Source of the DNA: an uncultured delta proteobacterium
GTDB lineage: Bacteria; Desulfobacterota; Binatia; UBA9968
Length of the DNA stretch: 64,000 nucleotides
Direction of reading: 5' to 3'
NCBI GenBank assembly: GCA_963745035.1
Contig: CAVUVW010000026.1
Location: forward strand, 96,001-160,000
A model generated the notes under the pieces. It made no database searches and was not told the DNA's origin. It saw only the letters and a program-made list of their open reading frames with translations. A program made the position numbers and the translations under genes. Position 1 is the first letter of the stretch. Each line of letters starts with the position of its first letter. This document shows, in pieces, positions 43,120-53,309 of this stretch.

Positions 43120-44511
43120 ATGGCAGCGGCGAACAAACGACGAAAAGTCGGCATTGGCCTGCTCGGTTCAGGTGTGGTGGGCGAAGCGATTCAGGACATT
43201 CTCTTTCAGAATCTCAAACGGCAACTTGAAGGGGATGTCGAGCTGGACGTTCGAAAAATCTACACGCGCAATCCCAAAGAAAAAAAATGGTTTAGAAAAC
43301 GGCCCGAGCTTTTTACTGCAAAAGCCGAAGAGGTCATCGACGATCCCGGCGTGGATATTCTGATCGAAGCGCTGGGTTTTCAACATCCATCTCACCTGCC
43401 GCAGTTCAGAGATTATTTTCTGCGCGCTTTCCGCAACGGGAAGTCCGTGGTCACCTCGGACAAGGCCGTGTTGGCGCGCTACGGAAAGGAAATCTGGGCA
43501 GCAGCCAAGAAGAGCGGCCGGCAGCTCCGCTTCGAAGCCTGTGTCGGCGGCGGGATTCCGGTGATCCGTTCGCTGAGCGAAAGCTTCGCCGTCGAGCAGC
43601 CGGAAGCGGTCTTCGGAATCGTCAACGGCACCTGTAATTATATTCTGTCGCAGATGGAAAAGAGCGGTAAGCCGTACGCGGAAGCGCTCAAAGAGGCGCA
43701 GCAGAAGGGCTACGCCGAAACCAATCCGGCGGCGGATGTGAGCGGCAGCGACGCCGAAGCCAAGTTGCTGCTTCTGAGCGCGGTTGCGTTCGGTCTCCAG
43801 ATTCACCCTGGCAGGATCTGGCGCAAGGGAATTGAGGAGATTCAAGCCGTCGACTTTCGCTACGCTCGGCGGATCGGCTCGAGCACGATCAAGCAGCTCG
43901 CGGTGGCACGGCGCCGTGGTTCAGTGGTTCAGGTTTTCGTCGCGCCAGCTTTGATTTCGGGGGAAAATTTTCTTGCCAGTGTGGATGGTGCCACCAACGC
44001 GGTCTGCTTTGCGGGCAGGAGCAGCAGTGCGAGTCGCGGCGAAAGGGACTGCGATTATGTTTTGGTCGGACCAGGTGCCGGCGGCGGACCGACCGCAGTG
44101 GCCGTGCTCGGTGATGTTTACGAGTTGGCGCGCGGCGAACGCAAGTTCAGCGGTATCCCGAGCCTAGTTCCTTTAGGAAGACTGCAACTCCAACCGGAGG
44201 ACGAGATCGATTTGCCCTTCTATATCCGATTCGTGGTTAAGGACCGCGCCGGCATCGTTGGTGATATCGGCAGGACTTTCGGCCGCATCGGCGTCAACAT
44301 TTCGGAAATCTGGCAGCTCAGGCATGTGGAAGAGGAGCTGCGTAGTCTGACCGACAGCTACCGGCTCAAGCACAGATCGAATGGCATATTGCCGTTCGTC
44401 ATCACGTTGGACCGCGCCACCCTTCGCCAAGTCCGCAGGGCTCTAGATTCCATCCGTAAACGAGATTATATCTTAGTCGATCCGGTTTGGTTCCCGATCT
44501 GGGGCACGTGA
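43120..44511 (+). CDS. hom: Homoserine dehydrogenase with ACT domain
   Basis: GSGVVG, FEACVGGGIP, NGTCNYIL, GYAE.NP..D, GPGAG..PTA. Confidence 0.92.
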   Translation: MAAANKRRKVGIGLLGSGVVGEAIQDILFQNLKRQLEGDVELDVRKIYTRNPKEKKWFRKRPELFTAKAEEVIDDPGVDILIEALGFQHPSHLPQFRDYFLRAFRNGKSVVTSDKAVLARYGKEIWAAAKKSGRQLRFEACVGGGIPVIRSLSESFAVEQPEAVFGIVNGTCNYILSQMEKSGKPYAEALKEAQQKGYAETNPAADVSGSDAEAKLLLLSAVAFGLQIHPGRIWRKGIEEIQAVDFRYARRIGSSTIKQLAVARRRGSVVQVFVAPALISGENFLASVDGATNAVCFAGRSSSASRGERDCDYVLVGPGAGGGPTAVAVLGDVYELARGERKFSGIPSLVPLGRLQLQPEDEIDLPFYIRFVVKDRAGIVGDIGRTFGRIGVNISEIWQLRHVEEELRSLTDSYRLKHRSNGILPFVITLDRATLRQVRRALDSIRKRDYILVDPVWFPIWGT

Positions 44512-44562
44512 CACGCGCTCCCATGTTTTGAGTTTCGCGTTGTTAAACGGAGCGAAGGTTTC

Positions 44563-45783
44563 GTGAAATACATCATTCTTCAAGGCGACGGCATGGCGGA
44601 TTACCCGCTCGAGGTATTGGGCGGAAAAACACCGCTCGAAGCGGCACGCACGCCGAACATGGACTGGCTCGCCGTGCACGGCGTGTACGGCATCGCCCAC
44701 GTGATCCCCGAAGGTTTTCCTCCCGGCAGCGACGTCGGCAACATGAGCATCATGGGCTACGATCCGGCGGTTTATCACACCGGACGATCACCGCTGGAAG
44801 CGGCAAGCATGGGCGTCGCCCTCGGCCCGAACGATATCGCGTTTCGCTGCAACCTGGTGACCCTCGGCGGCAGCGGCGATGAAACTTTCATGGAAGATTT
44901 CACGAGCGGGCATATTTCCACCGAAGAAGCGGGTGAGATCATTCGCGACCTCGCCCGGAAGCTCGTCGGCGACGGCATCGAATTTTTCCCGGGCGTGAGC
45001 TATCGCCACTTGATGGTCTGGCGCGGCGGCAAAGAAAAAATGGAAACCACGCCGCCGCACGATATCACCGATCAAAAGACCGCCGGCTACATGCCCAAAG
45101 GCGACGGCGCGGAGCGCCTGCTCAAATTGATGAACGCCTCGCAGCCGCTGCTGGCGGCCCATCCGGTAAACAAGAAACGCCAAGCGGCAGGTCAACGGCG
45201 CGCCACGAGCATCTGGCTCTGGGGGCAGGGGAGAGCGCCGCAGCTGCCGCCGCTGACGGAGCGTTTCGGCATCAAGGGCGGCGTCATTTCCGCGGTCGAT
45301 ATCATCCACGGTTTAGGCGTCTACGCCGGTCTCGAGCGCATCGACGTGCCGGGCATCACCGGCTTTCTCGACACCAACTACATTGGCAAGGGCGAGTATG
45401 GGGTGCGCTCGCTGGAAAAAAATGATCTGGTCTTTATACATGTGGAAGCGACGGACGAAGCCGGACACATGGGGGATGTCGAAAAGAAAATTCAGGCTTT
45501 GGAAGACTTCGACGAGAAAGTCGTCGGCACGGTGCTCAAGGGGATGGCACATCGCAGGGATTATCGAATTCTTTTGATGCCGGATCATCCAACCGCGATC
45601 GCGCTCAAGACCCACGTCTCCGACCCCGTTCCCTTCGTTTTGTTTTCCGCCGAGACGCCGCAAAACAACGGCACCGTCGGTTACAATGAAAAGGATGCGA
45701 GGACGACCGGCATCGTCGCCAAAAAAGCCTATCGTTTGATGGACGCGCTGATCGAAGGGAGGCCGACATGGACCGAAACTTAG
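44563..45783 (+). CDS. apgM: ApgM-type cofactor-independent phosphoglycerate mutase family
   Basis: GDGMAD, PGSDV, TGRSPLEA, HVEATDEAGH, PDHPT. Confidence 0.88.
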   Translation: MKYIILQGDGMADYPLEVLGGKTPLEAARTPNMDWLAVHGVYGIAHVIPEGFPPGSDVGNMSIMGYDPAVYHTGRSPLEAASMGVALGPNDIAFRCNLVTLGGSGDETFMEDFTSGHISTEEAGEIIRDLARKLVGDGIEFFPGVSYRHLMVWRGGKEKMETTPPHDITDQKTAGYMPKGDGAERLLKLMNASQPLLAAHPVNKKRQAAGQRRATSIWLWGQGRAPQLPPLTERFGIKGGVISAVDIIHGLGVYAGLERIDVPGITGFLDTNYIGKGEYGVRSLEKNDLVFIHVEATDEAGHMGDVEKKIQALEDFDEKVVGTVLKGMAHRRDYRILLMPDHPTAIALKTHVSDPVPFVLFSAETPQNNGTVGYNEKDARTTGIVAKKAYRLMDALIEGRPTWTET

Positions 45784-46718
45784 CTTTGGAAGCCGTTCGT
45801 GTGACTGAAGCGGCGGCGCTCAACTGCGCCCGTTGGACCGGCCGCGGCGACGAGAAGGCAGCCGATCAGGCGGCGGTCGATGCCATGCGCAAGGCTTTCG
45901 ATGCGCTAGCCATCGACGGCACGGTCGTCATCGGCGAAGGCGAGCGCGACGAGGCGCCGATGCTCTACATCGGCGAAAAAGTCGGCTCCGGCGGACCTAA
46001 GGTCGATATCGCTCTCGATCCCCTCGAAGGCACGACGATCTGTGCCACCGGCGCGCCCAACGCGCTCGCGGTCATCGCGATGGCCGACGGCGGCAATCTG
46101 CTGCATTGCCCGGACACGTACATGGCGAAAATTGCCGCGGGCCCGGTCGGCAGGGGGGTCGTCGATCTCGACAAGTCGCCGACCGAGAATTTGCATAGGT
46201 TGGCGGAAGCCAAGCGCTGTAAGGTCGAAGATCTGACGGTAATTATTCTTTCCCGGCCGCGTCACGAGGCAATCATCCAAGAAGTGCGCAAGGCCGGCGC
46301 GCGCATCCGTCTGATCGGCGACGGCGATGTGTCTGCGGCAATCGCCACCACCAAGCCGGAAACCGGCATCGACTTGCTGCTCGGCATCGGCGGCGCGCCG
46401 GAAGGCGTGCTCGCCGCTGCGGCGTTGCGTTGCGTCGGCGGAGAATTTCAGGGCCGCCTGGCGCCGCGCAACGACGAAGAAATCGAACGGGCAAAAAAAA
46501 TGGGCGTCACGGACATCAAGAAGAAGTTCATGATCGACGAGCTTGCGGCGGGCGACGTGATGTTCGCCGCCACGGGTGTCACGGACGGCGACTATCTCCA
46601 GGGTGTGCATTTCTTCGCCGGCGGCGCGACCACGCAGTCGGTGGTGATGCGGTCCAAGACAAAAACCGTCCGCATCATCAACGCTTCTCACTATTTCGAG
46701 CATAAGCCTTCCTATTGA
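45768..46718 (+). CDS. glpX: Class II fructose-1,6-bisphosphatase
   Basis: VIGEGERDEAPML, DPLEGT, DGDV, GGAPEGV. Confidence 0.96.
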   Translation: MDRNLALEAVRVTEAAALNCARWTGRGDEKAADQAAVDAMRKAFDALAIDGTVVIGEGERDEAPMLYIGEKVGSGGPKVDIALDPLEGTTICATGAPNALAVIAMADGGNLLHCPDTYMAKIAAGPVGRGVVDLDKSPTENLHRLAEAKRCKVEDLTVIILSRPRHEAIIQEVRKAGARIRLIGDGDVSAAIATTKPETGIDLLLGIGGAPEGVLAAAALRCVGGEFQGRLAPRNDEEIERAKKMGVTDIKKKFMIDELAAGDVMFAATGVTDGDYLQGVHFFAGGATTQSVVMRSKTKTVRIINASHYFEHKPSY

Positions 46719-46796
46719 GCGAGTTAATTTCCAGGCAGTTTTTATCTCGCGCCATCGACCGTGCTCGCGGGAGAACGGAGGCTTCTGTGGGTGCCC

Positions 46797-47078
46797 ATGG
46801 CGCGCAAGAAGCAGCGCAAGAAAAGCTGGGTACGCATGCTCGTGCTGTTTTTCGTCATTCCTTTCGCGATTTGGTTGATGGCTTTTTTGCTTTGGTTCTA
46901 CTGGCACGACCTGAGCCACATGTTTGGCCGGGACGAACCGGGTCGCATGATTCCGAAGCCCGCACCTCAGATGGAAAGAAACGAGCGGCGCGAACGCCCG
47001 GCGTCGGAACCGCCTCAAGAGAAGATCTTCGAGGAAGATCGTCAGAAACTCGAAGACATACTCAAGCGCAGAAGTTGA
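46797..47078 (+). CDS. Single-pass membrane hypothetical protein
   Basis: Basic N-terminus, one TM helix, ends EKIFEEDRQKLEDILK. Confidence 0.65.
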   Translation: MARKKQRKKSWVRMLVLFFVIPFAIWLMAFLLWFYWHDLSHMFGRDEPGRMIPKPAPQMERNERRERPASEPPQEKIFEEDRQKLEDILKRRS

Positions 47079-47148
47079 GCAGCGCGAAGCAAACAGACAC
47101 CCGGCTTGGATGGCATCCCAGCCGATGATAACCTGAGCATCAATCGCA

Positions 47149-48325
47149 ATGAGTTTTTGGCGTGACATTCCAGGGCCCATCATCGGTCTCTCCCCCATGG
47201 ACGGGGTGACGGACGCTTCGTTCCGCTACATCACGGCAAAGTACGGCCGGCCGGATGTTACACTAACCGAGTTCGTCAACATTCAATCTGCTCTCTATTC
47301 GCCCCATACCTTGCTCAAGGATTTTACCTACTCGGAGATCGAGCGGCCGATCGTCGCACAGATTTACGGCAAGACGCCCGAGCTTTTTTACAAAGTCGCG
47401 CACGTGGTCTGCGAGTTGGGTTTCGACGGCGTCGATATCAACATGGGCTGCCCGGCAAAAAAAGTCGCCGCATCAGGTTGCGGCGCGGCGCTCATCCGGA
47501 CACCCGATTTGGCGCGCGAGATCATCCAGTGCAGTACGGAGCGGCATCAGCGATTGGCAAGGCGGCCAGACGCTCCGGCAGGTGGAATTCGACGATGACA
47601 CGATCGAACAGATAGCTGCAGCGAATCGCCGGCGCAGCGGCGGAAACGCGCCGTTGGAGCGCCGGCTCATTCCCCTTTCGGTCAAGACCCGTCTCGGCTA
47701 CGACCGGGTGGTTATCGATGATTGGCTCGCAACGCTTTTGACCGAAACGCCCGCGGCTGTTTCGCTTCATGGGCGCACCCTCGAACAAGGATACAAGGGC
47801 GAAGCGGATTGGAAGGCGATCGCGCGCGCCGTCGAGATAGCCAGGGGATCGGGCACGTTGATTCTCGGCAACGGCGATGTGCGCGACTTGCCGGACGTCT
47901 GCCGCCGCGTGCGTCAAACCGGCGTCGCTGGCGTGCTGATCGGGCGAAGCGCCCAGGGAGATCCCTGGCTATTTCGTGAGAAAGACGCCGTCAAGGAAGC
48001 GCTTCAGTGCGGCTCGGAGGTGCGCTTGGTCTCAAGTCTCATCGATTTGGAAGAACGATTCCAAGTCGTCGCTGAACACAGCGAGCATTTCGAGAGCCTG
48101 TGTGGCCCCGCGCGATTCATGGCCATGCGCAAACACTTGACCTGGTATTGCCGCAATTTCCGCGGCGCCGCTGAGATGCGCGCCAACATGACTCGGGCCA
48201 ACAGCGCCGAGGATGTACGTCGCTGCCTGGCGGCCTTCATGGCGCGTCCGCCATGCGCCGATATGACGCATGGCGCATTTATACAGCGCAATGATCGTAC
48301 CGCCGAAGTTTTGCTGTCGTCGTGA
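47149..48325 (+). CDS. tRNA-dihydrouridine synthase (frameshift ~47530)
   Basis: SPMDGVTD, DINMGCP, SVKTRLG, HGRT, GNGD, MRKH. Confidence 0.88.
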
Positions 48326-48335
48326 CAAGTATTGC

Positions 48336-48965
48336 ATGAGACTGATTTTGGCCTCGACGTCTCCGCGCCGCCGCGAAGTTTTGACGCTTCTCGGCCTACC
48401 GTTCGAGATTATTACGCCGGCATTCGAAGAGCAGGTTTCAGATCATCTGTCCATTCGCGATGAGGTACTTCAGTTCGCGGTCGGTAAAGCGAACTCGGTG
48501 GCGCGAGACCACCCGAATAGCATCGTTATCGGCAGCGACACGATGATACTTTACGATGGGCGTAAAATCGGTAAACCTGCCGATGAAGCCGACGCCCGGC
48601 ACATCCTAGGGCTGCTTTCCGGAAAGAAGCATACGATTTATACAAGCGTCGCCATCGTTGACCGCAGCGGCGGACCGGGGCTCCACACAGTCGCCACCGT
48701 AGAGGTTCAGATGCGGCGTTTCACCCCTGAGGAGATCCGAGACTATGTGACGACGGGTGAATCGCTGGACAAGGCCGCCGCCTATTCGATTCAAGGAAAA
48801 GGCCGGAATTTGATCGAATCGATCCAGGGCGACTACCTGGCTGCGGTGGGACTTCCCCTCAAGCTGATCGCTCACTACCTTGAAGGCCGTGGCATTGGAG
48901 TGCCGTGTGACGTCGAGGAGCTGTATCGCGAGAAGCGTTTCCCCAATTGGCATGCTTTCGCATAA
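48336..48965 (+). CDS. maf: Maf nucleoside-triphosphate pyrophosphatase
   Basis: LILASTSPRR, GSDT, GKP, DKAAAYSIQG, VGLP. Confidence 0.93.
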   Translation: MRLILASTSPRRREVLTLLGLPFEIITPAFEEQVSDHLSIRDEVLQFAVGKANSVARDHPNSIVIGSDTMILYDGRKIGKPADEADARHILGLLSGKKHTIYTSVAIVDRSGGPGLHTVATVEVQMRRFTPEEIRDYVTTGESLDKAAAYSIQGKGRNLIESIQGDYLAAVGLPLKLIAHYLEGRGIGVPCDVEELYREKRFPNWHAFA

Positions 48966-49186
48966 CTCATGTCATGCAACTTGGCAGGCGTCAGTTTATT
49001 CAGCCGGGGCTGGTGCGGATCGCGGCAAATGAGCTTTGGGAGCTCTCTTTGCTGCATCCTCCAAAGAGCCGAAGAACGACGCGTGGCTCGTCACAACGGA
49101 CAATTTAGGCGGCAAGCGACAGAATTTGTTCAGAAAAACGGATCGCTACTGCAAGAATAACACTGAAAAATTCAGCCGTTAAGAAA

Positions 49187-49201
49187 TGGTACGACGCTTG
49201 C
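49187..49201 (+). promoter_or_regulatory. Sigma-54 promoter
   Basis: TGGTACGACGCTTGC upstream of the small ORF at 49225. Confidence 0.55.
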
Positions 49202-49224
49202 TGTAACAGGCAAGCGAAAACACC

Positions 49225-49419
49225 ATGAAACCCCTAAACCGCGATTTGAACCACGATCAGAACTGGACTTGGCCGGAAAAGACCTGGTTCCGCGAGCGTC
49301 TTAACGCCATCAAAGCTCGGGAAAACGAAGAGCGTCGCAAGACGCTAACAGGCTCTTCCAGAGCCGGGCAGGTTACTGTTCCGTCGGGCGCCACCAAAGA
49401 CGATCTGAAAGTCGACTGA
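49225..49419 (+). CDS. Small hypothetical protein (64 aa)
   Basis: ORF behind a sigma-54 motif; WTW...WFRERL. Confidence 0.5.
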   Translation: MKPLNRDLNHDQNWTWPEKTWFRERLNAIKARENEERRKTLTGSSRAGQVTVPSGATKDDLKVD

Positions 49420-49510
49420 GCGCCAACCGAGCGCGTCGGTCGATTTCTGCGTCTCCGCAACGCCCATCTTTTCTTTTCCAAATCTTTCGTTTGATGTCGC
49501 CGCCTTCCTT

Positions 49511-50053
49511 TTAGGGAAGCGGCTTTTTTTCACCTGGAACCGGCACATCAAAAGCGTTGAGCGTCATCGCCACCATCGCGTAGAACCCGATTGCGCTCAC
49601 CAACTCGACCAGCTTCTCCTCGCCGAATAGATCAAGACCGCGACGGAACGTCGTCTCACCGATCGTCATCGTGGTGTTGAGCTCGATGGTGATGTCGTAA
49701 ACAAAGCGCTCGTCTTCCCGCGTAAAAACCGGGCTGCGCCTTTCGCGAATCGCCTCGATGATCTCCGGCGTAATACCATGGTCGCGCGCATGCGGCTCGT
49801 GCACAAACCAGGCGAACTGTGCCGAAGCCTGCCGAGCGGCAATCAGAATCATCAACTGCACGAGACGGCGATCCAGTTTGACCCGCGAAGCGAACAAGTC
49901 CTGAAGCTCGAGTGTGTGCCGGGCGAGCTCGGCATTTCGCAGCCAGACTGCGAACGGGCCGCGTACCTGTCCGCGCACGCTCTTGATCCGTTCGTAGATC
50001 TCTCTTTGCTCGAGAGTAAGTCGTTCCGCATCGATCTCGGGTAGGCGAGTCAT
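49511..50053 (-). CDS. Carboxymuconolactone decarboxylase-like (AhpD fold) protein
   Basis: RGPF, W..H...A...G, GFYAMVAMTLNAFDV. Confidence 0.85.
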   Translation of the reverse strand: MTRLPEIDAERLTLEQREIYERIKSVRGQVRGPFAVWLRNAELARHTLELQDLFASRVKLDRRLVQLMILIAARQASAQFAWFVHEPHARDHGITPEIIEAIRERRSPVFTREDERFVYDITIELNTTMTIGETTFRRGLDLFGEEKLVELVSAIGFYAMVAMTLNAFDVPVPGEKKPLP

Positions 50054-50251
50054 GGTTTATCCTTTCTTGAGGACGTGTGTGCCATCACATAGCAAAGCGC
50101 CCCGATGATTCAAGAGAACAGAGGCGGCAATCGGTTCAACCTCAAGAAAAATCACGGCGTCACGACCGGCCAGCGCTCGTTCAGCTTGTATTTTTCCGGC
50201 CGCGGCTGTAATCGATTCTAGAATTCACATCCAGCAGGGAGGAGATAGCGG

Positions 50252-51988
50252 ATGGCACAAGCATCGACGAACGGTCAAAAGTGGGACTTGGAAGCGGATG
50301 TTGTCGTTATCGGATCCGGCGCGGCTGGGCTCCCGGCGGCCATCAAGGCAGCCGATGGCGGCGCGTCGGTGGTCGTTGTGGAGACCAACTACGACATCGG
50401 CGGTCATGCCATTATCAGCGGCGGTAACGTACCCCTCGGCGGCGGCACCAGCGCGCAAAAGAAATACGGCATCAACGACTCGCCGGATATGGTGTTCTCG
50501 GATCTCACCGACTGGACCATCGTGCAGAACAACGGCTGGCCGGATTATCGCTACAACGATCGCGCGGTCATGCGCGCCTTCGCCGATCACTGCGCGCCGA
50601 CGTTCGAATTTCTGCTCGAAAACGGAGTCAAATTCAAAGAAATTGCGCCGGACAATCAGGGCGGGCATAACCTCGGGAATTCCGCGCCGAGAGAGAATCA
50701 TGCCTTCTGGACCAAAGGCCCCGGCTATGAAAGCCCCAACAATAGAGCCGGGACCGGTGTGATCAGACCGTTGGAGAACAGCGCGCGCGCGAAAGGCGTC
50801 AAGTTTTTACTGAATTACAAAATGACTAGTCTCGTCCGGGAAAGCCCGAGCGCCGGGCGCGTCATCGGCATAACCGCCAAGCACACCCCGCGCATCATGC
50901 CCGGCCAATCAGCTCCTCTAAAGAGCTTTTGTTCCGACGGCAATATCGATCGCACGGAAGCGACGTTGAGCATTCGCGCCAAGAAAGCCGTGATCGTCGC
51001 CACCGGCGGCATGACCAGTAATTTGAACTTTCGCCGCATGTTCGATCCACGGTTAACCGACGTGCTGACGGTTGCGGGAGAGCCTTACACTTATCAAGAC
51101 GCGAGCGGCGAGCTTGCCGCGATGGCCATTGGCGCCTCGCTTTGGGGCTTGGTCAACCAGACCTTGGAGAACGGCGACAACATCCGCACGCAGCGGGCTC
51201 TCGCCACGAAGTGGAATTACATGACCTGGGAGCTCGAGAGTCCGATCTTCCCGCTGGTTAAATCCACCGGTCTCAACGTCAAGGACTGGCATGATTTGAT
51301 TTTGGTCAACCAGGTGGGCAAGCGATTTTACGACGAGACCAAAGGCGACTACCCGCACGGCAACGTGTACAACGACTTCAACCCCTACACGCCCAATGAC
51401 TACCGCAACAATGAAAGAATCGAATATCATCCGAACAAGTACAATTTCTTTAATGCAGCCGTCGCGATGAATGAATATTCGGAGCCGCCCGATTATTCCG
51501 CCGGGCCGATCTGGGCGATCTTCGACGCCGATGCGGTAAAGAGGGAAGGCTGGAAGGTGACGCCGCCTTACGTCGATCCTGATGGATATTTTTTCAGTGG
51601 CAATACGCTAGCGGAACTCGCCAGCGCGATTAAGAACGAGTATCAAGCCAAGCCGATGAAAGGCGAAATCTTGCAGATGACTGTCGATAAGTACAACTCG
51701 TTTGTCGACGCCGGCGAGGACGCCGATTTCGCTAAGCCGGCGCCAAAGTTCAAAATCCAGACACCGCCTTTCTACGCCGCATGGGCGACGCCCAACGTGC
51801 ACGACACCCGTTCGGGCTTGCGCATCAACGCCAAGTGCCAAGTGATGGACCTGAACGCCGAAGTGATTCCCGGACTTTACTGCGCCGGCGAATCCGCCGG
51901 CGGCTTCAACCAACACGGCCTCGGCCGCTGCACGACGCAAGGATTCATTGCCGGCATGAATGCGGCCGCAGAGCTGAAGCGCGATTAG
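50252..51988 (+). CDS. FAD-binding oxidoreductase (fumarate reductase / 3-ketosteroid dehydrogenase-like)
   Basis: DVVVIGSGAAG, ATGG, PPFYAA, GLRIN, IPGLYCAGE. Confidence 0.85.
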   Translation: MAQASTNGQKWDLEADVVVIGSGAAGLPAAIKAADGGASVVVVETNYDIGGHAIISGGNVPLGGGTSAQKKYGINDSPDMVFSDLTDWTIVQNNGWPDYRYNDRAVMRAFADHCAPTFEFLLENGVKFKEIAPDNQGGHNLGNSAPRENHAFWTKGPGYESPNNRAGTGVIRPLENSARAKGVKFLLNYKMTSLVRESPSAGRVIGITAKHTPRIMPGQSAPLKSFCSDGNIDRTEATLSIRAKKAVIVATGGMTSNLNFRRMFDPRLTDVLTVAGEPYTYQDASGELAAMAIGASLWGLVNQTLENGDNIRTQRALATKWNYMTWELESPIFPLVKSTGLNVKDWHDLILVNQVGKRFYDETKGDYPHGNVYNDFNPYTPNDYRNNERIEYHPNKYNFFNAAVAMNEYSEPPDYSAGPIWAIFDADAVKREGWKVTPPYVDPDGYFFSGNTLAELASAIKNEYQAKPMKGEILQMTVDKYNSFVDAGEDADFAKPAPKFKIQTPPFYAAWATPNVHDTRSGLRINAKCQVMDLNAEVIPGLYCAGESAGGFNQHGLGRCTTQGFIAGMNAAAELKRD

Positions 51989-52013
51989 ATAAGATGCGAT
52001 TGCGGATTCGGCA

Positions 52014-52043
52014 GAAAAGGGCGCCGTCGGGACGCGCCCTTTC
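52014..52043. terminator. Hairpin between convergent genes
   Basis: GAAAAGGGCGC..GCGCCCTTTC. Confidence 0.55.
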
Positions 52044-52045
52044 AT

Positions 52046-53047
52046 TTAGCGATACAGCGCCTCGATAAAATCGCTGGACTGCAACTGTCGGATAAATCGG
52101 TCGTCAAAAAACTTATGCGGATCGAGATCCTTCGCTTTGGGATTTCTGTCTGACAGCTCTTCCAAGACCGAACGAACACCCTCGGCGGTCGTGAGCGGCG
52201 TCTTCATCATGTATTTGGCGATCTGCACGTCGTAGGATTCCGTAAGCAAATCGTTATCCGTGGTGCGTAGATACTTCGATAGGACTTTCATTGTGAATGC
52301 CCGGTCTTTTTTCATCAGGGCGATGCCTTCGACTTGCGCGGTGAGATAACGTCGGACCAGATCCGGGTCGTCGCGGATTAGATCGCCGCGCGTCGACACC
52401 CCTGTCGATGCATACGGAATGTTGAGCGTGGGAATGTGCAGCAGCACGCGATTGCCTAGTTTCACTGCGCGGCTCGTCGCCGGATACCCGAAAACGCCTG
52501 CTTGCACGCGATTTCCTTGCATCGCGCCGACGATCCACTCGCCGGCGCCGATCTCGACGATGTGAACGTCTTTCCCCGGTTCGAGTCCGAGATGCTTTGC
52601 TGCCAGACGTGCGCCGGTGTGAAGTGAAGTGCCGAAGCGGCTGATACCGATGCTCTTCCCGCGCAGTTGCTCGGCTTTGTCGATCTCGGGGCGAACCACG
52701 AGATTCTGCACCAAGGTTCCGACGGTGGTTGCGACGATCTTCAGATCGGCGCCGCCCACCGCCGCCCCGGTGGTCGTGCCGCCGGCGATCTGCAGAAACG
52801 AAACTTCACCGGCAATCAGAGCGTTGGTCCCCTGAATCCCGCTCGGCGTTGCGATGACTTCGACCTGCAAACCATGTTTTTTGAAGATCCCCGCTTCATG
52901 AGCTGCCCATGGTGGCGCCATCGTGCCGGAGATCGATGTGACCGCGACGCGAATTTTTCGCAGCGATGAAACTTCGGCGGCCTCGGTGAGCGAGCTTATG
53001 TAGAATAACCCGATAGCGAAGAATCCAACGATCAGCCATTGTTTCAT
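52046..53047 (-). CDS. NMT1/SsuA-type ABC substrate-binding protein
   Basis: Signal peptide, GIFKKHGLQVE, LRGKSIGISRFG. Confidence 0.88.
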   Translation of the reverse strand: MKQWLIVGFFAIGLFYISSLTEAAEVSSLRKIRVAVTSISGTMAPPWAAHEAGIFKKHGLQVEVIATPSGIQGTNALIAGEVSFLQIAGGTTTGAAVGGADLKIVATTVGTLVQNLVVRPEIDKAEQLRGKSIGISRFGTSLHTGARLAAKHLGLEPGKDVHIVEIGAGEWIVGAMQGNRVQAGVFGYPATSRAVKLGNRVLLHIPTLNIPYASTGVSTRGDLIRDDPDLVRRYLTAQVEGIALMKKDRAFTMKVLSKYLRTTDNDLLTESYDVQIAKYMMKTPLTTAEGVRSVLEELSDRNPKAKDLDPHKFFDDRFIRQLQSSDFIEALYR

Positions 53048-53309
53048 CGTTTGCCTCCTTACAAACACCGCGTATGCCACTGATAGCTGAGAGCATTGCA
53101 GCGAGTCAAATAAGATTCCGCGTAAACAGCTCCCTCTCGCGCCGACGATATAACAGAACGTAAGATCATTGCAGTTTTCCAACAACAGCGTTGCGTTTCG
53201 AATTATCGCCGTGGTAAGCGGGGAGCATGAGCTGGAGTATTTTCTGACGGGGCGCGGTAGTCACGGAAGAGAAGACCGAAACAGTTGTTGCCACAAAGGA
53301 GGTAATGCC

